From Acetobacteraceae bacterium (GTDB taxonomy: Bacteria; Pseudomonadota; Alphaproteobacteria; Acetobacterales; Acetobacteraceae), in the NCBI GenBank assembly GCA_049519555.1, contig JBEKQQ010000027.1, forward strand, positions 10,533 through 74,532: DNA of 64,000 nt. Reading direction: 5' to 3'. Positions 8,852 to 18,134 of this stretch are shown here, piece by piece. Numbering within the stretch: position 1 is the first letter of the stretch; every line of letters begins with the position of its first letter. The position numbers and the translations under genes were made by a program. The notes beneath the pieces are model-generated. The model worked only from the letters and a program-made list of their open reading frames with translations. It searched no databases and was not told the DNA's origin.

Positions 8852-11800
8852 ATGCGGCTGGCATCATTTACCTTGCACCGCTACGGCAATTATGAGGCGG
8901 AACGGATTTGCTTCGATGCCAGACCAGGGACCGTGAACATTTTACTGGCTCCCAACAGTGCCGGAAAATCGGTGTTGCGCGCTGCGTTTGCTGATCTGCT
9001 GTTTGGGATCCACAATCAAACGCCGATGGGATTTCGTTTCGGTTATCCTGGAATGCGCGTGTCGGCGGAAATTGCACGCAAAGACGGTGGGAGTTTCGCC
9101 TTCAGCCGGCGCAAGGTCCGCGGCAACGTTATTTCCGACGATAGCGGTCAGGCGCTGGACCCGGCTTTGCTGCATGGTATTCTGGGCGGACGAGACCGGT
9201 CGTTACTGGAACGGTTGTTCGCCCTCGATACGGAGGCGCTGCGCGAGGGCGGCAAAGCCTTACTGGAATCGGGCGGCGATGTTGCCAGTGCATTACTGTC
9301 GGCGGCGGGCGGAATTCGTCAGGCTCGGGCATTAAGGCAGCGGCTGGAAAAGCAGCGGGACGATCTTGCGCCGGTGCGGCGGACTGCGTCGCGGCCATTT
9401 TATCTGGCACTCGATAAGTTCCAGGAAGCCCGCCGAGGTGGCAGAGCGGAAACTCTGTTACCCGACGAGTGGTTTCGTCAGGAACGGGAATTGCAGACGC
9501 TGATCGCCCGACAACACAGCTGCAACGCAGCTGCCGAAGCGGCATCGGCAGAAATCGCGCGTTTGGAACGCATCCGACGGGTACGCCCAGTGTTGGCGCG
9601 GTACGCTGAGGCGGAAGTCTGGCTCGCATCGCATCAAGATGTGCCGAGCCTGGCTCCGGAGTTGCGACAAACCCTGGCAGCGGTTCGGCTCGACGTCGTG
9701 ACACAACAGGACGCAACCGAACGGACGCGCGCTGCGTTGCTCGCCGCCACAGAGGCGGTTGAAGGCGTCATCGTCGACGCCGATCTGTTGGCCTTTGCCG
9801 AACTGATCGAGCGTCTGACCGGCGAAGCAGGCGCCGCTCGTAAAGCCTGCAGCGACCTGCCCGGCGTCCGCGGTCAGTACGAGCATGGCTTAAGTAAAAT
9901 CGGCGATTTGCTGCGGCAACTCGGATCGACGCTGCCGCCGGAACGGGCCAGTGAAACGTTGCCTAAAACGGCGCTGCTGGCTCGGACACGGAACCTGATC
10001 GAAGCCTTTGGCGAGATCGCTGCGGCAGTGCTCGGTGCGGACGGACAAATTGAAACATTGGTGTGCGATCAGGCGAATATAGAACGGCGGCTTGACGAAA
10101 CGCCACCTGTGCCGGATGCGCGGCCATTGGCGAGCCTCGTGGAAGCGATCCGGGCCGATGGCGATCCGGCGGCGCGCTTTGCTGATGTGGAGCGGACGCT
10201 GCTGGACATGCAAACGGCGTTGAATACTGCTTGTGCACAGGTTCCCGGGTGGTTCGGTGAGGCTCCGGCTCTGGCGGCGATCGCACCGTTGACCATGGAG
10301 ATTTATGCCAGACACGAAAAGGAAGTGAATGCGGCTCGCAGCAAGGCCGAAGCAGCCGGTCAGCGCCATCAAGACGAAATCGGTCGGTTGGAACAGGCTC
10401 GTAGTGCCCTGGCGGGGATCGAGCATGGCGGTCCGATCCCCGACGAAGCGGCTTTGCAGCGTGCGCGTGCGCATCGCGACAATTTGTGGCAGCTGATTTA
10501 CCGGAGTGCGTTCATGGGCGAGCCGGTGCCGGCCACCGACGCACAATCGGATTTGCCATTGCCGCTGGCGTTCGAGCGCGCCACAGCCGAAGCCGATACG
10601 GTTGCGGATCGGCGATATGGGGAATCGGAACTCCTCGCGCGGGTGGCGGCGGCCAGACAAGCTGTCACCGAAGCCGAACGGCGTGCTGAGATCGCGGCGG
10701 AACGACAACGCATTGCGGACGAAACGCTGGTCCAGACGAAACGCATCTGGACGCAGATTTGTGCTGCTTTGCCGCTTGGGGACGAACCGGCTCTGGCCGA
10801 TATTCAGGGCTTTCTCAGTGCCCGCGAACGGGTGATAGACGCATTGCGGCGGCGGGATCTTGCCGCCGAGCGGGTGGCGGCGCTTGGCAGGCGTCACGCA
10901 GAATGGGCTGCCTCGCTCGCGGCTGCGCTTGTGCACGAGTCAACCGATTTGCCGGCGCTGCTGACTTTGGCGGATCGGACGCTGACCCAGACACGGGAAC
11001 TGCGCGAAGAACGGCTTAAACTGGAAACCCAGAAAACGCAGTTTGGCGAACAGTTGCGGACAGCGAAGGCAACGAGATCAGCCCAGGATGGGAAGCTTGA
11101 AGCGTGGCGGGGACGGTGGCGAACGGCGATGGCGGAGCTGTCGAGGCCGGAGGATGAAGAGCCTGGCGTGACCGGAGCGGTGCTTGAAACGTTGCGGGAA
11201 ATCGCCGGCGAATACCGCGATGCCACATCGCTCGCCGAACGGATCAGTGGAATGAACGCTGAAATTGGGAGTTTTACCCGGTCGGTGGGCGAGCTTGTGC
11301 AGACGTTGCCATCTCACGCCACTGCAGACGATCCGTTCGCGGCGGTGCGTGATCTGAGCCGAGCCCTGACCCAACAGCGAGAACTGGAAGAACGGCGGCG
11401 GGTGCTGCGTCGCGCGCTGGACACTGCCCGAACCAACGCTGGGACCGCGGAACAGGCATTGCTCACCGCGCAGACCAAACAGCGGGCGATTTTGGACTCG
11501 ATCGGTGCCGAGACGATCGAAGCGGCTGAACAACTGCTGGCGCTATCCGCCGAGCGCGCGCGCCTTGAAGCGATACGGCAGGCTGCGGCGGCGGAGTTGC
11601 ATGAGGTTGGCGATGGGTTTCCCATTGCTGCATTGCGTGCGGAAGCCGGACAAATTGCCCCGGACGAAGCCCCGGCCCGCATAGAAGCTGCCGCCGCCGC
11701 ACGCAAGGAAGCGAGCGATGCCGCGCAACGCATTGCTGAAGAGGTGAGTGCGCTGCGCCAACGAATGGATCGCGAAGTTGCTGACACCAACGTCAACACC

Positions 11801-12355
11801 GCAGCTGCAGAACAGCAGGCGGCGATTGCCTCGCTGTCCCGAACGCTGGACGACGCACTGGTTTACCACACTGCCGCGTTGCTATTGGGCCGTGCGCTGG
11901 AAGTCATCGAGAAATCCACAGACTCCACATTACTCCAACGACTGGGCTTTATTTTCCAAACTTTGACCAATGGCGCTTATTCCCGCGTCGTGACAGAGCT
12001 GGATGATGACGGAACGGCTCGACTTGGCCTGATCCAACGCGATTACCCTGAAGAACGCCAGAGCATCGAGCAACTTTCCGAAGGCACCCGCGACCAGTTG
12101 TTCCTCGCGCTGCGGGTCGCGGCGATTGAGGATCACCTCAGGACCGCCGAACCGTTGCCGTTCATCGGGGACGATATCTTGCAAACGTTCGACGATGACC
12201 GTGCGCTGGCGGCATTGCGTGTGCTGGCGGAGCTAAGTCAGCACACCCAGGTCATTGTATTAACGCATCATCGGCATATTCTGGGGCTCGCCGCGCGCCT
12301 GCCACCAGCAACAGTGTTCGAATGCCGGCGGGAACAGCTCGCTGCTACAGTTTGA
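8852..12355 (+). CDS. SbcC/Rad50-like AAA ATPase with long coiled-coil (YhaN-like)
   Basis: 1167 aa. N-terminal Walker A LAPNSAGKS, about 900 aa of Ala/Glu/Arg/Leu-rich coiled-coil, C-terminal signature LSEGTRDQLFLALRVAA and Walker B PFIGDDILQTFDDDR. Starts 7 nt after the nuclease gene. Confidence 0.85.
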   Translation: MRLASFTLHRYGNYEAERICFDARPGTVNILLAPNSAGKSVLRAAFADLLFGIHNQTPMGFRFGYPGMRVSAEIARKDGGSFAFSRRKVRGNVISDDSGQALDPALLHGILGGRDRSLLERLFALDTEALREGGKALLESGGDVASALLSAAGGIRQARALRQRLEKQRDDLAPVRRTASRPFYLALDKFQEARRGGRAETLLPDEWFRQERELQTLIARQHSCNAAAEAASAEIARLERIRRVRPVLARYAEAEVWLASHQDVPSLAPELRQTLAAVRLDVVTQQDATERTRAALLAATEAVEGVIVDADLLAFAELIERLTGEAGAARKACSDLPGVRGQYEHGLSKIGDLLRQLGSTLPPERASETLPKTALLARTRNLIEAFGEIAAAVLGADGQIETLVCDQANIERRLDETPPVPDARPLASLVEAIRADGDPAARFADVERTLLDMQTALNTACAQVPGWFGEAPALAAIAPLTMEIYARHEKEVNAARSKAEAAGQRHQDEIGRLEQARSALAGIEHGGPIPDEAALQRARAHRDNLWQLIYRSAFMGEPVPATDAQSDLPLPLAFERATAEADTVADRRYGESELLARVAAARQAVTEAERRAEIAAERQRIADETLVQTKRIWTQICAALPLGDEPALADIQGFLSARERVIDALRRRDLAAERVAALGRRHAEWAASLAAALVHESTDLPALLTLADRTLTQTRELREERLKLETQKTQFGEQLRTAKATRSAQDGKLEAWRGRWRTAMAELSRPEDEEPGVTGAVLETLREIAGEYRDATSLAERISGMNAEIGSFTRSVGELVQTLPSHATADDPFAAVRDLSRALTQQRELEERRRVLRRALDTARTNAGTAEQALLTAQTKQRAILDSIGAETIEAAEQLLALSAERARLEAIRQAAAAELHEVGDGFPIAALRAEAGQIAPDEAPARIEAAAAARKEASDAAQRIAEEVSALRQRMDREVADTNVNTAAAEQQAAIASLSRTLDDALVYHTAALLLGRALEVIEKSTDSTLLQRLGFIFQTLTNGAYSRVVTELDDDGTARLGLIQRDYPEERQSIEQLSEGTRDQLFLALRVAAIEDHLRTAEPLPFIGDDILQTFDDDRALAALRVLAELSQHTQVIVLTHHRHILGLAARLPPATVFECRREQLAATV

Positions 12356-12656
12356 GTTCGCGCAGTCGTTTCATACCCGCCCGACCGGCGCTGAGAATAT
12401 AGCCGGTATCGGAGCCGCCGGTCAGATAATGCACGCCGATGCTCGGCAGCCAGGTCTGGAACTCCAGACCTTCGCGCACGCCGCCAACGCCCATGGATTT
12501 ACCATGCTGCTTCGCGGCAACGGCGACGGTTTCGAACGCCGTGCGCATCCGCGGATGTTTGTAGTTGCCGGCAATGCCCATTTCGGTCGACAGATCGGCG
12601 GAGCCGATGTGCGTGGTATCGATCCCCTCGATCGCCGCCATGGGCATGACTCGCAC
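12345..12656 (-). pseudogene. HpcH/HpaI-family aldolase, C-terminal fragment only (N-terminal about 150 aa missing)
   Basis: IEGIDTTHIGSADLSTEMGIAGNYKHPRMRTAFETVAVAAKQHGKSMGVG...LTGGSDTGYILSAGRAGMKRL matches the last about 100 aa of HpcH/HpaI aldolases (normally about 250 aa). Upstream the frame closes at a TGA at 12717..12719. The 3' end overlaps the sbcC-like stop. Confidence 0.65.
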
Positions 12657-12706
12657 GATTGGCGTCGGGGTGGCAAATTCGCCTGAGCAGACGAGAGGGC
12701 ACCAGC

Positions 12707-13735
12707 ATGACCGGCATCACACACGCGAATTTTGTCTTTCACGACTTCCGCACCACCGGCGGCGAGGTTTTGCCCGAAGTGACGCTGGCCTATGTCGCGC
12801 GCGGGACGCTGGCGCCAGACGGGCGTAATGCGATCCTGATCACCCACGGCTACACCAGTGGGCCGCGGATGATCGAACCGGGCGAGGGATCGTCAGAAGG
12901 CTCCTGGACCACTTTGGTCGGCCCCGGCGCACCGATCGACACTGACCGCTATTTCGTCATTTGTTCCAACATGCTGGGTTCCAGCTACGGCTCGACCAAC
13001 GGCGCCTCGATCGATCCTCGGACGGGGAAGCAATATGGGTCAAAATTTCCGCGCATCACGGTGGAGGACATCGTCACTGCGCAGAAGCGAATGCTGGATG
13101 GGCTTGGCGTAAAACATCTGCGCGCGGTGGTCGGGCCGTCTTATGGCGGGTTCCAGGCGTTTCAATGGGGCGTGACGTTCCCGAATTTCATGGACGGCAT
13201 CGTCGCCGTGGTCACCTCGCCGAAGACGGCAGGCACCGACCGGACCGGCGGCTTGCTGAAATGGTTCGAGTCCGATCCGAACTGGAATGGCGGCGATTAT
13301 TACCAAACCGGTGGCGTGCAAAAGACCTTGGCCGCCTTGCGGGTTGATACGCTAACGCGTTACGGCATGGCTGCGTCGCTCGCTGCCCGAATGCCGAATA
13401 AGGCGGCGGCTGATGCGGAGTTGCACCGAATTGCGACCACATGGGCGGCAGGCTTCGATGCCAACTCGCTGTTCATTCTTGGTCGGGCGATTGAGACGTT
13501 CGACGTGACCGGGCGGTTCGACCGGATCAAAGTTCCGGTACTGTATGTGTTGTCGCGCACCGACGCGCTGTTTCCGCCGTCGACCGCGCCTGGCGTCATG
13601 GCTGGGTTGAAGGCTGCCGGGGTCGACGCGACATATTTCGAGATTGACAGCGATGAGGGCCATCTTGCATCGGGTGCCGATGCGGCAAAATGGGCGCCGG
13701 TGTTGCGGGCGTTCATGACGAAACTGGAAAATTAA
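12707..13735 (+). CDS. Homoserine O-acetyltransferase-family alpha/beta hydrolase (MetX-like)
   Basis: ATG at 12707 preceded by GAGAGGG. FHDFRTTGGEVLPEVTLAYVARGTL...NAILITHGYTSG...VVGPSYGGFQAFQW (GxSxG nucleophile elbow). Confidence 0.75.
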   Translation: MTGITHANFVFHDFRTTGGEVLPEVTLAYVARGTLAPDGRNAILITHGYTSGPRMIEPGEGSSEGSWTTLVGPGAPIDTDRYFVICSNMLGSSYGSTNGASIDPRTGKQYGSKFPRITVEDIVTAQKRMLDGLGVKHLRAVVGPSYGGFQAFQWGVTFPNFMDGIVAVVTSPKTAGTDRTGGLLKWFESDPNWNGGDYYQTGGVQKTLAALRVDTLTRYGMAASLAARMPNKAAADAELHRIATTWAAGFDANSLFILGRAIETFDVTGRFDRIKVPVLYVLSRTDALFPPSTAPGVMAGLKAAGVDATYFEIDSDEGHLASGADAAKWAPVLRAFMTKLEN

Positions 13736-13748
13736 AGGAGAGACGCGC

Positions 13749-14687
13749 GTGGATCAGGACCTCGACTCGTTGTTCGGTTTTGCACCCGACCATGACTCTC
13801 CCATTCCCTATATGCAACGGACTCGCGAGTATTACAAAGCGATCGGCTACACCACGCCGTATCGTTGGGCGCATTATCTACAAGCGCCGTTTACCGCATT
13901 GCGGAAACCATTGAGCGAATGCACCGTCGCCATCGTCACCACCGCCGCCCCGTATCAGCCAGGCAAGGGCGATCAAGGGCCGGGTGCTGCGTATAACGGC
14001 AGCGCCAAATTTTACCAGGTGTTTTCCGGCGATACCAGTCAGAATCACGATTTACGCATTTCCCACATCGGCTATGACCGGGTCCATACGACGGCGACCG
14101 ATTCCAACAGCTGGTTCCCCTTGCCGGCCTTGCGCCGAGCTGCCGCGGTGGGCCGGATCAGCCATGTCGCGGCGCGGTTCCATGGCGCGCCGACCAACCG
14201 CAGTCATCGCGTCACCATCGAAACGGACGCGCCGGAAATTCTGGCGCGCCTGCAACAGGACGCGGTGGATGCCGTTATCGTGGTGCCGAATTGTCCGGTT
14301 TGCCACCAGACCTCCAGCCTCGTCGCGCGTCACATCGAGGCCAACGGCATTCCCACGGTGCTGATGGGCTGCGCCAAGGATATCGTCGAACATGCCGCGG
14401 TGGCGCGGTTTCTGTTCAGCGACTTTCCGCTCGGCAACAGCGCCGGCAAGCCGCACGACGTTGCCTCGCAGGAGCAGACGCTGGAACTCGCGTTGCGCTT
14501 ATTGGAGTCAGCGGTTGGACCGCAAACCACGATGCAAAATCCGCAGCGGTGGAATGCGGATGGGCGGTGGAAGCTGGACTATTCCAACATTGACCAGCTC
14601 AGCGCCGAGGAACTGAAACAACGCCGGGCCGAGTTCGATCGGCAAAAGGAACTGGCGCGGCCCAACCGGGCCGAGCGCGCGGCATGA
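13749..14687 (+). CDS. GrdB/PrdB-like (glycine/sarcosine/betaine/proline reductase B family-like) protein, Cys form
   Basis: GTG start preceded by AAAGGAGAG. 312 aa with VAIVTTAAPYQPG and a VVPNCPVCHQTS CxxC motif. The family assignment is from memory of PF07355-like proteins and is tentative. Confidence 0.45.
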   Translation: MDQDLDSLFGFAPDHDSPIPYMQRTREYYKAIGYTTPYRWAHYLQAPFTALRKPLSECTVAIVTTAAPYQPGKGDQGPGAAYNGSAKFYQVFSGDTSQNHDLRISHIGYDRVHTTATDSNSWFPLPALRRAAAVGRISHVAARFHGAPTNRSHRVTIETDAPEILARLQQDAVDAVIVVPNCPVCHQTSSLVARHIEANGIPTVLMGCAKDIVEHAAVARFLFSDFPLGNSAGKPHDVASQEQTLELALRLLESAVGPQTTMQNPQRWNADGRWKLDYSNIDQLSAEELKQRRAEFDRQKELARPNRAERAA

Positions 14688-15877
14688 GCAGGCCATTCAG
14701 CGGCGTTCGCATTCTCGATTTCACCCAGGTTCTGGCCGGTCCCTACGGATCGTATCAACTGGCGCTGCTTGGCGCGGATGTGGTCAAAGTGGAACGAACC
14801 GAGGGCGAGGATATGCGCCGCACGCCGCTGTCGCGCATTTGGGCAGAGCGCGGTATGGCGCCGTCCTGGCTGGCGATCAACGGCAATAAGAAGAGCCTGA
14901 CATTGGATTTCCGCAAACCGGCAGCCATCGAGATCATCCGCAAGCTGGCGGCGAAAGCCGATGTGGTGATGGAGAATTTCCGCGGCGGCGTGATGGATCG
15001 GCTTGGCGTTGGCTACAAGGCGTTGGCGGAAATCAATCCAAAACTGATCTATTGTGCGATTTCCGGCTTTGGCCAGACTGGCCCCTATAGTCACGAGGCC
15101 GGCTATGACGGAAAAATCCAGGCCCTGTCCGGCATCATGTCCATCACCGGGCATCCTGAGATGGGACCGACCCGCGCCGGCTTTGCGGTGTGCGATGTGC
15201 TGTCGGGGATGACGGCGGCGTTTGCGGTCGCCTCGGCGCTGTTTCAACGCACGCACACCGGCGAGGGCCAGTTCATCGACGTTTCGATGTTGGAGGCCAG
15301 CCTCGCGTTTCTGTCGACCCAGGTTGCCGACTTTACCGTCGCGGGCCACCGGCAAGAACAGTTCGGCAATCAGGCGATCAGCCGCAAGGTGACAGCGAAT
15401 TTGTTCCGAGCCAAGGACAGTTATTTATTATTGGCCGTTAACGATGAAAAACAATTCCGCGCACTGATGACAACACTGGGCCGCACCGATGTGTTCGACG
15501 ATCTGCGCTTTGGCGACTGGTTTCAACGCAAGGAAAACGAAGCGGCGTTACGGGGAATCATCGAGACCGCTTTGGCGAAACAGGATGCCAAGGCGTGGGA
15601 AAAACAACTGAATGCCGCCGGCGCGCCATCCGCCAGCATCTGGACGATCGAGGAAGTCATCGACCATCCGCAGATCGTCGCGCGCGAGGTGATGCAGTCG
15701 GTGCAAACGCAGTACGGTATGCTGCGTTTGATGGGCTCGGGGTTTCAGATGGCGCACGGGGGAGGGCGGTTGGATACCGCGCCGCCCGAGCTTGGCGCGG
15801 ATACTGATACGATACTGGCGGGGCTGGGTTACGACCCGGCAGCGATTGCGGCGCTCCGGGCGGAGGGGGTCGTGTAA
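14684..15877 (+). CDS. CaiB/BaiF family III CoA-transferase
   Basis: MSRPFSGVRILDFTQVLAGPYGSYQLALLGADVVKVE is the canonical family III N-terminus. ATGA overlap with the preceding gene. Confidence 0.9.
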   Translation: MSRPFSGVRILDFTQVLAGPYGSYQLALLGADVVKVERTEGEDMRRTPLSRIWAERGMAPSWLAINGNKKSLTLDFRKPAAIEIIRKLAAKADVVMENFRGGVMDRLGVGYKALAEINPKLIYCAISGFGQTGPYSHEAGYDGKIQALSGIMSITGHPEMGPTRAGFAVCDVLSGMTAAFAVASALFQRTHTGEGQFIDVSMLEASLAFLSTQVADFTVAGHRQEQFGNQAISRKVTANLFRAKDSYLLLAVNDEKQFRALMTTLGRTDVFDDLRFGDWFQRKENEAALRGIIETALAKQDAKAWEKQLNAAGAPSASIWTIEEVIDHPQIVAREVMQSVQTQYGMLRLMGSGFQMAHGGGRLDTAPPELGADTDTILAGLGYDPAAIAALRAEGVV

Positions 15878-15913
15878 TATCAGCGCGCTTAACGGTGGAC
15901 TCTCGCCCCGCAC

Positions 15914-16116
15914 CGTCATGGTCCGGCTCGTCCGGGCCGTCTGAACCAGCACCGTGCCACATCAGTTGGCCCGGACGAGCCGGGCCATGACGAAATGGAG
16001 ACGGCCTCGAGTGTCACTCGCTGGGCGCGTTGGCATAAAATCAACCACCATTACAATTGACTCTTGCCCAGGTCGTCATGGCCCTCCCCTGGACAAGCCA
16101 GGGGACGGTTATGACG
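15914..16116. repeat. REP-like palindromic element cluster between convergent genes (probable bidirectional terminator region)
   Basis: 25-nt arms 15914..15938 (cgtcatggtccggctcgtccgggcc) and 15968..15992 (ggcccggacgagccgggccatgacg) are inverted repeats with 1 mismatch. A second imperfect hairpin with cgtcatggcc.../...atgacg arms lies at 16074..16116. The core gagccgggccatgacg recurs at 63804..63820. Confidence 0.7.
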
Positions 16117-16128
16117 TTGCAACAACGC

Positions 16129-17271
16129 TTACCGCAACGCCCGTTTCGCAACGCTGGCAAGGTACCCTGACGCCGCAGGCAAAATGGCATCGTTGAAATC
16201 GTAATTGGAATTGTGCAGCTCCCGCCCGCCATCCGACGGCCCATTACCAACCCAGGCAAACGCGCCAGGCCGGCGTTGCAGATACCAGGCGAAGTCTTCA
16301 CCGGTCATTGCCGGCGCCAGGTCGCGCCGCAGCGGGATGTTCGCCGCCTGCACCGCCTCGGCCGCGAGGTCGCGTTCGGCGGGGGAATTCATGGTCACCG
16401 GCATACCGCGGATTTGCTCGACGTTTATGCTGACGCCAAAGGTCTGCGCGACCCCGGCCGCGATACGGTCGACCGCAATCTCCATCTCATCGCGCACGCT
16501 TTCTTTCAGCGTGCGCATGGTGCCGCGCATCACGGCCTCGCCGGATATCTGGTTGGCGGCACTACCACATTGCATCATACCAATGGTCAGCAAGCCGGAT
16601 TCCAACGGATCGACATTGCGTGACACGATGGTTTGCAGCGCAATCAACAGATGCGCCGCCGCAACCATCGGATCGCGTGTCAGATGCGGCAACGCTGCGT
16701 GCCCGGAATGACCTTTGACGGTGAAGTAAACCCGTCCACCCGCGGCCATCACGGGCCCGTCATGCAGCGCGACAGTACCGGCTTCCAGGCCGGGCCAGTT
16801 GTGGTAGCCAAAAATCCGCTCCATCGGAAACCGCTCGAACAACCCGTCGGCAATCATCGATTTCGCGCCGCCGCCGCCCTCTTCCGCTGGCTGGAACACC
16901 AATTGCACCGTTCCGGTCCAGGACGGATCGTTGACCAGCATCGCCGCAGCACCCAACAGCGAAACCGTGTGGCCGTCGTGACCGCAGGCGTGCATCACGC
17001 CATGTTTGTGGGATGCATGCGTAACCCCGGAAGTCTCGATAATCGGCAGCGCATCCATATCGGCACGCAAGCCGACGGAGCGGTTGGAACTCCCCCGTTG
17101 CAATGTTGCAACCACGCCATGCCCGCCGACTCCGGCAACGAACGGCACGCCCAGTTCGGCAAGCCGGGCCTGGACGAAGGCGGAGGTCTCCTTTTCGTGC
17201 AACGTCAGTTCCGGATTGGCGTGCAAATGCCGTCGCCATCCGGTCAACGTTTCGTGCAAAGAGTGATCCAT
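16129..17271 (-). CDS. M20 family amidohydrolase (hippurate hydrolase / N-acyl-amino-acid amidohydrolase-like)
   Basis: MDHSLHETLTGWRRHLHANPELTLHEKETSAFV...MHACGHDGH. Start chosen at 17271, where TGATG overlaps the upstream LLM gene stop. Confidence 0.85.
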   Translation of the reverse strand: MDHSLHETLTGWRRHLHANPELTLHEKETSAFVQARLAELGVPFVAGVGGHGVVATLQRGSSNRSVGLRADMDALPIIETSGVTHASHKHGVMHACGHDGHTVSLLGAAAMLVNDPSWTGTVQLVFQPAEEGGGGAKSMIADGLFERFPMERIFGYHNWPGLEAGTVALHDGPVMAAGGRVYFTVKGHSGHAALPHLTRDPMVAAAHLLIALQTIVSRNVDPLESGLLTIGMMQCGSAANQISGEAVMRGTMRTLKESVRDEMEIAVDRIAAGVAQTFGVSINVEQIRGMPVTMNSPAERDLAAEAVQAANIPLRRDLAPAMTGEDFAWYLQRRPGAFAWVGNGPSDGGRELHNSNYDFNDAILPAASGYLASVAKRALR

Positions 17272-18125
17272 CAGCCATTCACCTTCCGAATGATCTCGGC
17301 CCATTGGTCGAGGATCGGCAAAATTGCCGGCGCCTTGTCGGACTCCAAACTGCAGGACACGCGGTTCACGCCGGCATCCTGATACTGCTTGATCACGTCG
17401 ACATCCGGCCGCTGCCCGCCAATGGAAATTTCCAGCGCTGCCGGATCGCGGCCGTTCTCAGCGGCCATCTGCCGGAAGCGAGGAATCAGCTCGAGCAGCG
17501 GGGTTTTGGCATATTCGGTAACCTGCGGCATCCAGCCGTCTCCGTAACGGACGGCGCGGCGCGCGGAATACGGAAACGCCCCGCCGACGAGAATTGGCGG
17601 ATGCGGCTTCTGCACCGGCTTCGGCCACGCCATTATTGGATCGAAATTGACGAATTCGCCGTGATATTCGGCCTTGTCCCGGGTCCAGATGGCTTTCATC
17701 GCCTCGATGCGTTCGCGCGCCAGTTTGTGGCGGCTGGTGAAGACGGTGCCGTGGTTCTCCATCTCGTCCTGGTTCCAGCCGTTGCCGACGCCGAACACGA
17801 ACCGCCCGCGGGAGATCTGGTCGATCGAGGCCACCAGTTTGGCGGTTTGAATGGCATCCCGCTGCGCGATAAGACACACGCCGGTGCCGATTTTCAGCGT
17901 CTTCGTCGCCAGCGCCGCCGCGGTCAGCGTGACGAACGGATCCATCACGTCATAGTAACGTTTTGGCAAATCGCCACCCATGATGAACGGCGTCTTGCGC
18001 GAGACCGGAATGTGCGAGTGCTCCGGCGCCCAGACGATGTCAAAGCCACGTTGCTCCAGAGCAACGGCCAGCTCCGCCGGTGCCATGGAATAGTCGGTGA
18101 AGAACATCGATGCGCCGAATTTCAT
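17271..18125 (-). CDS. LLM-class F420-dependent-type oxidoreductase
   Basis: 284 aa. MKFGASMFFTDYSMAPAELAVALEQRGFDIVWAPEHSHIP is typical of the TIGR03619-like LLM subgroup. Confidence 0.8.
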   Translation of the reverse strand: MKFGASMFFTDYSMAPAELAVALEQRGFDIVWAPEHSHIPVSRKTPFIMGGDLPKRYYDVMDPFVTLTAAALATKTLKIGTGVCLIAQRDAIQTAKLVASIDQISRGRFVFGVGNGWNQDEMENHGTVFTSRHKLARERIEAMKAIWTRDKAEYHGEFVNFDPIMAWPKPVQKPHPPILVGGAFPYSARRAVRYGDGWMPQVTEYAKTPLLELIPRFRQMAAENGRDPAALEISIGGQRPDVDVIKQYQDAGVNRVSCSLESDKAPAILPILDQWAEIIRKVNG

Positions 18126-18134
18126 GACAGAACC

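Noticed and set aside
12657-12706. SAM-type riboswitch upstream of the MetX-like gene
   Set aside because: Only about 50 nt are available, and they overlap the aldolase remnant. I saw no conserved riboswitch helices.
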